35,799 nucleotides of DNA, taken from positions 1-35,799 of the forward strand of contig JAXLNO010000185.1 of the NCBI GenBank assembly GCA_038087875.1. The letters are read 5' to 3'. Position 1 is the first letter of the stretch. Each line of letters opens with the position of its first letter. Both the position numbers and the translations under genes were made by a program. A model generated the notes under the pieces. The model was not told the origin of the DNA. It was given only the letters and a program-made list of their open reading frames with translations, and did not search any database. The stretch comes from Malacoraja senta. Lineage: Eukaryota. Positions 1 to 10,207 of this stretch are shown in pieces.

Positions 1-230
1 GTGCAAGGCAACTTTTTTCCACAGAGGGTGGTGAGTGCCTGGAACATGCTGCCAGGGCTGGTGGTTGAGACAGATATGATAGTGGCATTCAAGAGATTTT
101 TGGAAAGGCATGTGGACATGCAGGGAATGAGGGATGTGAATTATGCGCAGGTAGATACGGGATAGTCCAGGCATCATGTTCTGCACTGACATTGGGGGCT
201 GAAGGGCCTGTTCTATTGCTGTACTGTTTC
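1..230 (+). mobile_element. CR1-clade LINE 3' end fragment
   Basis: FFPQRVVSAWNMLP-like coding remnant followed by the gggctgaagggcctgtt...gctgta 3' tail. Confidence 0.8.
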
Positions 231-262
231 ATTAGAGTTTTTTAAAGACTTTTTTAAAGACT

Positions 263-446
263 AAATTCCAGTTAATACAAGTCTTTCCAATCTTTCCTCA
301 TATGACAGTCCAGCCATCCCAGGGAGTAATCTCGTGAACCTGAGCTGCACTCCCTCAATGGCAAGGATGTCCTTCCTCAAATTAGGAGACCAAAACTGCA
401 CACAATATTCCAGATGTGGTCTCACCAAGGCCCCGTACTACTGCAG
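263..446 (-). mobile_element. CR1 ORF2 fragment, inverted relative to the copy at 485-1664
   Basis: Diverged reverse complement of the LVRPHLEYCVQFWSP region seen at about 1095-1280. Confidence 0.8.
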
Positions 447-484
447 ATGTTTCAAGAAGGTTCCCGAACCGATACGTCACATAT

Positions 485-1664
485 ACCTGGTGTACCTGGA
501 CTTTCAGAAAGCATTTGATAAGGTCCCACATAGGAGATTAGTGGGCAAAATTAGGGCACATGGTATTGGGGGTAGAATGCTGACATGGATAGAGAAATGG
601 TTGGCAGACAGGAAACAAAGAGTAGGGATTAATGGGTCCCTTTCAGATTGGCAGGCAGTGACTAGTGGGGTACCGCACGGCTCGGTGCTGGGACCTCAGC
701 TATTTACAATATACATCAATGATTGGATGAAGGGATTCAGACTAACATTAGCAATTTGCAGATGACACAAAGCTGGGTTGCAGTGTGAACTGTGAGGAGG
801 TTGCTATGAGAATGCAGGGTGACTTGGACAGTTTGGGGGAGTGGGCAGATGCATGGCAGATGAAGTTTAATGTGGATAAATGTGAGGTTATCCACTTTGG
901 TAGCAAAAACAGGAAGGCAGATTACTATCTAAATGGCGTCAAGTTGGGAAAAGGGGAAGTACAACGGGATCTGGGGGTCATTGTTCATCAGTCTATGAAA
1001 GTAAGCATGCAGGTACAGCAGGCAGTGAAGAAAGCGAATGGCATGTTGGCCTTTGTAACAAGAGGAATCGAATATAGGAGCAAAGAGGTCCTTCTGCAGT
1101 TGTACAGAGCCCTAGTGAGACCACACCTGGAGTATTGTGTGCAGTTTTGGTCCCCTAATTTGAGGAAGGATATTCTTGCTATTGAGGGAGTGCAGCGTAG
1201 GTTTACAAGGTTAATTCCCGGGATGGCGAGACTGTCATATGCTGAGAGGATGGAGCAGCTGGGCTTGTACACTCTGGAGTTTAGAAGGATGAGAGGGCAT
1301 CTCATTGAAACATATAAGATTGTTAAGGGTTTGGACACGCTAGAGGCAGGAAACATGTTCCCGATGTTGGGGGAGTCCAGAACCAGGGGCCACAGTTTAA
1401 GGAGTAAGCCATTTCGAACGGAGACAAGGAAACACTTTTTCTCACAGAGAGTGGTGAGTCTGTGGAATTATCTGCCTCAGAGGGCGGTGGAGGCAGGTTC
1501 TCTGGATGCTTTCAAGAGAGAGCTAGATAGGGCTCTTAAAGATAGCAGAGTCAGGGGATATGGGGAGAAGGCAGGAACGGGATGATCAGCCATGATCACA
1601 TTGAATGGCGGTGCTGGCTCGAAGGGCCGAATGGCCTACTCCTGCACCTATTGTCTATTGTCTA
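485..1664 (+). mobile_element. 5'-truncated CR1/HER1-like LINE (reverse transcriptase C-terminal half, 3' UTR and (CTATTGT)n tail)
   Basis: RT motifs YLDFQKAFDKVPH, SGVPHGSVLGPQLF and FADD (tttgcagatgac, 754-765, after a frameshift near 722); LVRPHLEYCVQFWSP; RTRGHSL; tandem tail ctattgtctattgtcta. Confidence 0.95.
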
Positions 1665-1769
1665 TATCCATATTCTCCCGCGATGCTGCCTGGCCCACTG
1701 AGTTATTCTATGCTCCAAAGTGTCTTTCCTTGGTAAATCAGCATCTGCAGTTCCTCGTTTGCACAGGTT

Positions 1770-2252
1770 AAACTAATCTCCTCTAATCACCTGATCTTTA
1801 TCCCTCCACCCTCTGCATTTCAACGTGCCTATCTAAAACCCTCTTAAACGCCACTATCATATCTGCCACTACCACCCCAACTCAACTAATCTAAGTGTGT
1901 TCCAGGCACCTACCTCTATGTGTGTTTAAAACAACTTGCCTCATAACGTTGCCCCTCTCACCTTAATGCAATGCCCTCTAGTCTTTGACATTTACACCCG
2001 GGGGGGTGGGGGAAGGTTCTGCTTGGACACAATATTGATGTCTCTCATAATTTGAGATACTTCTGTCGGTATGGTTGAAAAGCCACAATAGATAACCCTC
2101 ACCCCAGAGAAACATAGAAAAATAGGTGCAGAAGTAGGCCATTTGGCCCCTCGAGCCAGCCGCCATTCAACATGATAATGGCTGATCATCTAAAATCAGT
2201 ACCCCGGATCCTGCTTTTTCCCCATATCCTTTAGCCCTAACTCTCTCTTGAA
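1770..2252 (-). mobile_element. Two decayed CR1 3' fragments
   Basis: Reverse-complement CR1 3' coding and UTR motifs (cctctcaccttaa; gaaacatagaaaaataggtgcagaagtaggccatt). Confidence 0.7.
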
Positions 2253-3157
2253 AGGCAGGGATACGGCAGCAATTCCTGGGAATTATTAAATAGGGGATAT
2301 TGTCCAAAGGAATGGGATTTGGGACAAACCCCTGCAAACCCAGCGTATGGTCCCTCCTATCTCTGGGTGTACGATGCAGTCAATGTGATAAATGTGCATC
2401 ACTGGCTTCAACCTCTGGAACGTTCATGGTCGAGGTTATCGTAGTTGCAATGGAAACTCAGTCTATATAAAAACATGCGCAGCACTGAATCACAAGGCCT
2501 GTCTAACCTATAGCTCTAAAGAGCTACTGGTGCTAAATTCTATTTGGTTCGTACACCAAAGCGATTGAGTTGGTATCTTTTGAAATACTTAAAGTGCTGA
2601 CTTTGATTTAATGTCGGAAAGTACTTTTGTTTTACTGTGGTTCTGATGGATGGCTTTGAGTAGCTATCTTGCTTCTGAATCATAAGCGTGGCATAAGCTT
2701 CCAATAGTTTGAACACAAATATCGAGGCGGAGAATTGTGCAGTCTCTGATTGATTGGAATATGCAGCATAGAAACAGGCCCTTTTTTAGAGGGATGCGGG
2801 CCAAACGCAGGCAGGTGGGACTAGCGTGGATGGGGCATGTTCGTCGACGTGGGCAGGTTGGGCCGAAGGGCCTGTTTCCTCCACGCTGTGTGACTCTCAT
2901 TTCCAGCATCTGCAACTTATTTTTGAATTTCCGCAATCTGCCTGGGACCTTAACGGGTGAATTGAGCTGTAGTTGTGACTGACCCATTGTTCGACACTGC
3001 TGGAGTGAAGCAAGCGCAAATCTCAGGTCAAATTCACCTTTCAAGGACTTTTAATGAAGAAAATCAAATTTTTGGCCCAAATTCCCTTTAACCATCACAT
3101 TTTCAGCAAAACAAGAATATGCACTTCACTGGTGTCTGTTTCAAGCCTTACCAAAGT

Positions 3158-3417
3158 GTTTAGTGTAGTTTGGAGATAGAGCATGGAAACAGGCCCTTTG
3201 GCCCACTGAGTCCGCGCGGTCCAGCGATCACCCATGACGTTAGTCCTGTCCTACGCACTAGGGACAATTTACACATTAATTAACCTACAAACCCACAAGC
3301 CTTTGGGATGCGGAAGGGAAACCGGAGCCCCCTGGAGAAAACCCATATAGTCACACAGGGAGAACTTACAAACTCCACATAGACAGCAATCGTAGTCAGG
3401 ATTGAACCCGGGTCTCG
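3158..3417 (-). mobile_element. HE1-like V-SINE, partial
   Basis: Reverse complement of the SINE at 4232-4498, including the B box and V-domain. Confidence 0.8.
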
Positions 3418-3439
3418 GATCACCAGTTGCCAGAAAATC

Positions 3440-4200
3440 AATGGTGGACCTGTAGGTTGTATCGTAGACAGTGAAGAGGCTATTAAGAAATATAATGCGA
3501 TGTTGATCAGCTGGGCAAGTGGGCTGAGGAATGGCAAATGGAGTTTAATTCGGATGAATTCAAGAGAGAGTTAGATTTAGCTCTTTGGGCCAACGTAATC
3601 AAGGGTTATGGGGAGAAAGCAGGAACGGGGAACTGATTTTGGATGGTCAGCCATGATCATATTGAATGGTGGTGCTGGCTCGAAGGGCTGAATGGCCTAC
3701 TCCTGCACCTATTTTCTATGTTTCTAAGAATGCAAGGTGCTGCAATTCCAGGCTAGAACTTTCACAGTGAATGTTGGAGCCCTGGAGTGTTGTGGAACTG
3801 AAGGACCAAAGAGTGGAAGTACATAGGATACTAAAAGTGGCGTCAGACATAGACATTGGCAAAGAAGGCTTTTGACACGCTGGCCTTCGTCATTTATGGC
3901 ACAGTGTATAGAATTTGAGACATTACATTGTACTTGTACCGGACACTGGTGATGCCATGTTTGGAGTATGGTATTCCGTTTTGGTCACCCTGCTTTAGGA
4001 AAGATCCCATTAAGCTGGAAGGGGAAAAAAATTGAGGGTATTGCCAGGACTCGTGGGTGTACGTTTGAGATGAGAGAGGAACGATTTAATGGGAAGACAT
4101 AGAGGATGGGACAGAGAAAGGGACGAGCCAAGTACTAAAACATTTAATAGACGTTTGGATAAACATTTAACAGGCACATGGATAGGATAGGTTTGCATCG
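3440..4200 (+). mobile_element. Old CR1 ORF2 remnant with a nested younger CR1 3' tail (about 3557-3727)
   Basis: Decayed WAEEWQMEFN and LEYGIPFWSP-like motifs, interrupted by a ttcaagagagagttagat...cctattttctatgtttct tail. Confidence 0.7.
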
Positions 4201-4231
4201 ACTGGATCAAACACAGTCAGAGGGCCACCTT

Positions 4232-4498
4232 GGGCAGCGCGGTGGCGCAGCGGTGGAGTTGCTGCCTAACAGCGCCAGAGACCCGGATTCGAACCTGACT
4301 ACGGGTGCTGTCTGTACGGGGCTCGTACGTTCACCCCGTGACCGCGTGAGTTTTCCCCGGGCGCTCCGGTCTCCGCCCACATTCCAAGCACGTACAGGTT
4401 TGTAGGTTGACTTGCTCTGGTAAAGATTGTAAATTGTCCCTCGTGTGTAGGGGTGGTGCTAGTGTACAGGAATCGCTGTATCTCTAAACGAAACTAAA
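4232..4498 (+). mobile_element. tRNA-derived V-SINE (HE1-like)
   Basis: Pol III A box (TGGCGCAGCGG), B box (GATTCGAACC), V-domain-like core (cgtgaccgcgtgagttttccccgggcgctccggt...cccacattccaa) and CR1-type tail tgtatctctaaac. Confidence 0.88.
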
Positions 4499-5215
4499 AA
4501 AAACTGGGCCTGCGTGGGCACGTTGAACCGAGGGACCTGTTTCCATGCTGCACGACTCTGATTCTACCTCCCACTGGATTTTCACAGATGATAGAGAGCA
4601 AATGGAGCCTTGCGTTATTGTCCGGTTGGAAACATCACCGCCAACCTTGCTACAGTCACTGCAATGTCACCCAATATCCTGGAGTAGGGAGCAAAACAGT
4701 GCCCTGACAGCAGGAGAGAGAGAGAGTTGCCAATTCAGCAGAGCGTTAGATTTTATTGAGGTCGAGAATCCTGTCTGGATCCCGCGACTGCGTTGTATTT
4801 TTCACCAGATAAAAAAATCCCACACTCTCTGGCACCATCTGCCCAAATGTCTTGAGCAGATTGGAGCACAAAATGTCCTTGCCTTGGGTAAGAAGGACCT
4901 CCGAGCTGAGCTTGCGACTTTTGTGGAGTGGCAAGTCACCTGGGAGTCGAGTTGATGAGCTGCATCGAGGCCACTGTCGCTTCCCAGCTGAGGCAACCCT
5001 ATGCGTTATGGACCTGAACCGTGGCTTCTGTGAGACTGAGCCATCGACTGGCCCATCAGAGAGAGGGGCAGGAAGGTAACCAGCGACTTCCCTCTCTGGG
5101 AGAAATGATGTTGTCGTCATTTATCCATTTCCGATGAACTCATCTCCCGATAAATGCGTGGCTTGGTCCCAGGGACGCGCTTTAGGTTCTGAAGCCTGTC
5201 TGCTTGCTGACACTT

Positions 5216-5524
5216 TTTAGTTTAGTTTCGAGATACAGTGCGGAAACAGGCCCTTCAGCCCACTGTATCCGTGCTGACCTATGATCATCCCGTAAGCTGG
5301 CACTATCCTACACACTAGGGACAATTTACAATTTGTACCGAAGCCAACTAACCTACAAACCTGTACGTCTTTGGAGTGTGGGAGGAAACCGGAGCACATG
5401 GAGAAAACCCACGCAGGTCATGGGGAGAACGTACAAACTCCGTACAGGGAGCACCCGTGGTCAGGATCAAACCCGGGTCTCTAGTGCTGTGAGGCAGCAA
5501 CTCTACCGCTGCGCCACCGTGCCA
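5216..5524 (-). mobile_element. HE1-like V-SINE, full length
   Basis: (TTTAG)n tail, V-domain and tRNA head on the reverse strand. Confidence 0.9.
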
Positions 5525-6039
5525 CTTGGATGATCTGTGTATCGTCAGTGGTGTGAGAAGATTGGGCCTTAAATTCAGAGATTGGAACCGATGCTAATAG
5601 ACCTGTGAGGCTTCACTGAAGTGATGGATAAGGCAGAGCTTGTGCGGGATTACCAAGGTTCAGAAAACACTGGAAATAAATATTTCAATGCAGCGTGCAA
5701 TGCGCACATCCCAACGCCTCTCTCCGTAAGGTGAAGTGCTTAGTAAAACCCAGGCAGCAGCTTTCTGGAACAGTTTGCTGGAGGACGTGGTAATAATTCA
5801 TGACCCTGCACATCTGGTATTCAGTGCCAGGAGGAGTGAACGATGACGGGGGCAGTCAGTACAGGGCTGGATTGATTGAGGTGTACGGACTATATGGCTC
5901 TAAGGGTCCAGGCTTGTGGGTGACCAGGACTGAATTTTACCGGAAAACCAGCTTACATTTTGCTCAAATATAATAAACAAGAGCTCTGTTGTCTATATGT
6001 TGTCAAACTGGAAAGGGTGCAGAGAAGATTCACGGAGTT

Positions 6040-6510
6040 CGAGAGTCATAGAGTCATACAACGTGGAAACAGGCCCTTCGGCCCAACTTGCCCGCACTGA
6101 CCAACATGTCCCATCTACACTTGTCCCACCTGCCTGCATTTGGCCCATATCCCTCTAAACCTATCCTATGCATGTCCCTGTCTAAATATGTTTTTACGGT
6201 TGTGATAGTACCCGCCTCAACTACCTCCCCTGACAGCTCATTTCATCCACCCACCACCCTTCATGTAAAAAAGTCGTCCCTGTGTTTCCTGTTAAATCTC
6301 CCCCCCCCCCCCCCCCCCCCCCACACCTTAAACCGATGCTTAGTTCTTGATCCCCCTACTCTGGGTAAAAGACAGTGCAACGAGCCTACTTATTCCTCTC
6401 GTGATCTTACACAACTCCATAAGATCACCCCTCATTCTCATGCGCTCCTAGCCTGCTCAACCTCGCCTTTCACTCAGGCCCTTGAGTCCTGGCCACAACC
6501 TCATAAATCT
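6040..6510 (-). mobile_element. CR1 3' fragment
   Basis: gagtcatagagtcatac tail, ggaaacaggcccttcggcccaac and decayed C-terminal coding sequence; contains a long C homopolymer at about 6300-6322. Confidence 0.8.
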
Positions 6511-6627
6511 TCTCTGCCCCCCCAAGGATGAATGCTTCAGCAGCAGTGACAGAGGGCTGCGTCAATTCCACATTTTACATCTAAAGAATTTTGAAGTTAC
6601 AATATAGGCCTGATTTCGCGATAACTA

Positions 6628-6889
6628 TTTTAGTTCAGAGATACAGCGCGGAAACAGGCCCCTATGCCCATCTAGGTTGGCGCCGACCAGCGATCCCCGT
6701 ACACTAACACCATCCAACACACCAGGGACAATTTACTATTTTTACCTAAGCCAATTATAACCTCCAAGCCTGCATGCCTTTGTAGTGTGGGCGGAAACTG
6801 AAGCACCCGGAGAAAACCCACACGGTCACGGGGAAAACGTGCAAACTCCGTACAGACAGTACGCGTAGTCAGGATTGAACCCGGGGTCT
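6628..6889 (-). mobile_element. HE1-like V-SINE, partial
   Basis: Tail, V-domain and B box on the reverse strand. Confidence 0.85.
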
Positions 6890-7691
6890 TTGACCTCCCT
6901 TCTTGACTGGCACCAGACCATAGAACTAATCCTTGGTCATCTTCCTCCATTCTTTTTAAGTGTAGAGTCGTAGAATCATTAAAAAAAATTTTTTTTTAAT
7001 TTAAATAAAAAATAAATAATTTTTTTTTTTAAATGTTCGGCACGGACTTGAAGGGCCGAGATGGCCTGTTTCCGTGCTGTTATGGTTATATGGTTATCAC
7101 GGAAACAGGCACTTTGGCTGAACTCATCCATGCTGACCAAGATGCCCCATGTAAGCTAGTTCTATTTGCCCATGTTTGACTCCTGTCCCACTAAACCTTT
7201 CCATTCATGTATCTGTCCAAATATTGTCAGTGTAGCTGCCTCAACGACTTCCTCTGGCAGCTCATTCCATGTACATACCACACTGCGGTTCCTATTAAAT
7301 CTACCCCCTCTCACATTTAATCTATCCAGTCCAGTTTATCATTACGCTACTCTGCGGGGGAAAAAAGGTGCCGTGCATTCACTCTATCTATTCCCCTTAT
7401 GATTTTATGAACCTCTTTATAGTCAACCCTCAGCCTCCTGTGCTCCAAGTAAAGTCCCAGCCTCCCCAACCTCTCCCTGTAACATAAGCCCTTGAGACCT
7501 GGCAACATCCTCGTAAATCTGCACTGCACTCATTCCAGCTTAATGTCGTCCTTCCCATAGCAGAGTGACCAAAACTAATCAATACTCCACGTGCAGCCTC
7601 ACCAACATTTTGCACAACTGTAACAGATCGTCCCAACGTCTGTACTCAGTGCCCTGACTGATCAAGGCCAATGTGTCAATAACCTTCTTCA

Positions 7692-9114
7692 TAGGGTTGC
7701 CAACTTTCCCGTATTAGCCGGGACATCCCGTATATTGGGCTAAATTGGTTTATCCCGTACGGGACCGCCCTTGTCCCGTATTTGACTGCTACTACTCAGG
7801 TCGAGGGGACTGTCGGGTCAGAGCGCCGCGTCCGGCCCTGCCTCACCCGTGCCGACATAGTGCAGCACATGGAGTGCAGCAGCAGCAGCGCCTCGCCCGT
7901 GGCCCCGTCGGTCGGCAGCCCGGCCATATGTCTGGCCTTTGGACCTTTGCTTACCGCCGAGACCACCACCCCTTCCTTCTCATGGCCGATCATCGGTTCA
8001 TGAGTTGGATGGGGCGCCGACGTCGCGGGGGCCTTGCCAAAACTCCACAGCTGGCCCGCCGGCTGGGCTTTGTGTGCAGTCGGTGGGAGCGCTGCAAGCC
8101 GGCTGCCCTGCCGGCAGCGTGTTAGTCATTTTCTACTTTTTTTGTTTTTTTAGTGTGTCCCAATGTGTGTTTTTAATGTTTCTCGGTGTGTCTTGTGTGG
8201 GGGGGGTAAGGGGGAAACCGCTTCGATCGCCTCCTCCACGGAGAGGCGATTTTTTCCATGTCGCCTTCCTCGCGGCCTAACACAAAGGATCGGTGCGGCC
8301 TTTCCCGGAGATGGGCCCGGGGCTTCAGCAGCGGGCGCAGCGTAGACTTTTTCATCGCGGGGGGTCGCCAGAAGGGAGCGCTCGGATCGCTGGCCTGCGG
8401 CAGCCTGAAGCCGCGGTCTGCGGAGCTCCAGCTGGCGCGGCGTCCGGAGCCTGGGATCCCTCGTTGGGGACCCCGGAGGAGAAGAGCTCCGACCGCCAGC
8501 CCGCAGCCTACTTCTAACCGCGGGCGCGGCGGGGACTTACCATCCGGAGCGGGATCCCTCGCCGGGGATCCCTGGAGAAGAGCTCCGACCGCCGACCTGT
8601 GGCCTACAACATCTTTTGAAGCCGCGGTCTGCGGTGCTTCTAACTGCGGCGCGGCGGGGCCTTTAGATCTTCGACCGCCAGCCTGCGGCCTACACCATCT
8701 TAAAGCCAGGGTCTCCGGTAGGGAAGCACCGATTCAGGACTTACCTTGACTGCACATCTGGCCGCCCGCAACGGCGACTGCGGAGGGTTGTGGTCCCGAC
8801 CACGGGGGGAAATGGAAGAGGACTGACTAAACTTTGTGCCTTCCACCACAGTGATGAATGCTGTGGTGGATGTTTGTGTTACATTTTTATTGTGTATTGT
8901 GTGTTCTTTTTTATTGTACCGCTGCTGGCAAGTTCATTTCACTGCACTTTATTGTGCATGTGACGAATAAAACTGACTTGACTATTGAGTCCAGCACGCG
9001 GGCCAACTCATTCACCCAGTCACGGCCGAGTCGGTCAACGAATTGCCGTCAGGAATTTGTCCCGTATTTTGATATTTTGTCCCTTATTTGGGAGTGAGAA
9101 AGTTGACAACCCTA
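7692..9114. mobile_element. Non-autonomous hAT DNA transposon (Blackjack-like termini) carrying a nested retroelement
   Basis: TIRs TAGGGTTGCCAACTTT and AAAGTTGACAACCCTA (1 mismatch); perfect 8-bp TSD CTTCTTCA at 7684-7691 and 9115-9122; multiple subterminal TCCCGTA motifs. Confidence 0.9.
8082..8987 (+). mobile_element. GC-rich non-coding retroelement, copy 1 (LINE-like 3' tail)
   Basis: Homologous from end to end with 10303-11159; ends catgtgacgAATAAAactgacttgact; possible short TSD AGTC (8078-8081 and 8988-8991). Confidence 0.7.
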
Positions 9115-9494
9115 CTTCTTCACCACCCTGTCCACCTATGACGCCACGACAGGGAATTATGTACTTCTAGATACCTCTGCTCTACAATATAACCCCCCCC
9201 CCCACACCCGTCACTGTGAATTGACTTGTCAAAATGCAGCACATCGCACTTTAAATTAAACTCTAATTGCCATTTCTCGGCCCGTTTGTCCAACTGATGA
9301 TGGTCCTCTGTAATACTAAATAAGTTTCTTGACAGACTAAGATACCACCTCTTTTGATGTCATCTGCAAACGTAATAACCAGGCCTTGCACATTCTCATC
9401 CATATCGTTGATATGTGATAAACCCCAATGTACACATCTCTGAGGCACACAGCTATTGGTAGAGGTTGGGCAGGCTAGGACTTTATACCGAACA

Positions 9495-9901
9495 GTTGCC
9501 AAACACTTTAATTCCCCTTCCCATTCCTCCTACACTGACCTTTCTGTCCAAGGCCTCCTCCGTTGTCAGAGTGAGGCTAATTGGAGGAACATCTCGACTC
9601 AGTGGTATGAATATTGATTTCTGGCACTACAATTAACCCCTGCATTCCCTCTCTCTCCACCCTCTCCCACCCAAGTCGCTCCAGCTTCTCGTTCTCACCT
9701 AGTACACAGCTAACAATGGCCTGTTTCTTTTATAATCGTTACTTTTTGTGGCATATCTTTAATATCTTTCTACATCACCGACTATACCTCTCGTTTCCCT
9801 TTCCCTGGACTAGTCTGAAGAAGGGTCTCGACCCGAAACGTCACCATTCTCTCCAGAGATGCTGCCTGTCCCGCTGAGTTACTCCAGCTTTTAGTGTCTA
9901 T
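9495..9901 (+). mobile_element. Penelope-like element 3' end: GIY-YIG endonuclease C-terminal remnant plus pseudo-LTR with hammerhead core
   Basis: Translates VAKHFNSPSHSSYTDLSVQGLLRCQSEA..(K)LEEHL..SGMNIDF, matching the HF..H / E / GxN pattern of PLE endonucleases, followed by a pyrimidine-rich UTR and CTGAAGAAGGGTCTCGACCCGAAACGTC. Confidence 0.82.
9813..9845 (+). ncRNA. Minimal type-I hammerhead ribozyme motif (PLE-associated)
   Basis: gt-CTGAAGA-a-GGGT-ctcg-ACCC-GAAA-cg-TC-ac: conserved core boxes, 4-bp stem II, palindromic ACGT in place of stem III; stem I is only about 2 bp. Confidence 0.65.
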
Positions 9902-10207
9902 CCGGGAATTTATACCTTCTAGTGCAGGACCCAACAGCACAACCCCACCTCACCACCAAATTCTCACTTTGTCACCACAGGCTGTATAATAGTAGTCATG
10001 ATGGCACAGGTGGACTACTTACGGCCTATCAAGTCCAAGTTGGCTGCGTGCAGTAGAGAGTTTCTCCCGATTGCTCATCTAATTACCTTTGGAAATGCTC
10101 GATCTGCTTCAATCTCCCTGCCGGCACTGAGTTCCAGATCAACATCACTCTGCATGAAAGCAGGTTTTCAGAATAGTCATTGTCAGGACATTTATAGATT
10201 TATAGAT

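Larger units (their letters stand above)
6963..9450 (-). mobile_element. Old CR1 copy split by insertions (short CR1 tail about 6976-7097; hAT element 7692-9114)
   Basis: Minus-strand RFTRMLPGLKGLCYRERLGRLGL (ORF 7347..7529) and VITFADDIK (ORF 9263..9502). The CR1 sequence reads through across the CTTCTTCA duplication. Confidence 0.8.

Noticed and set aside
334..1585. ORFs of 143 and 266 aa as a host gene or an active RT system (retron/DGR-like)
   Set aside because: They are frameshifted, 5'-truncated CR1 ORF2 sequence, and the first ORF is a chimera with an antisense CR1 piece.
4232..4310. tRNA gene
   Set aside because: A and B boxes are present but continue directly into the V-domain and LINE tail; this is a SINE head repeated many times in the window.
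4545..5120. Overlapping ORFs (136 aa +, 124 aa -) in non-repetitive sequence as a missing NOC2L exon or nested gene
   Set aside because: No resemblance to the expected upstream NOC2L segment or any domain I recognise, and no convincing splice-site pair.
5525..5990. Possible intronic snoRNA in unique sequence
   Set aside because: I could not find a canonical C box/D box pair with a terminal stem or an H/ACA double hairpin; a covariance-model search would be needed.
7745..8749. Long GC-rich ORFs (also 10475-11008) as transposase or ORF1
   Set aside because: Low-complexity Arg/Pro/Gly/Ala translations in several frames, as expected from GC content; frames are not conserved between the two copies.
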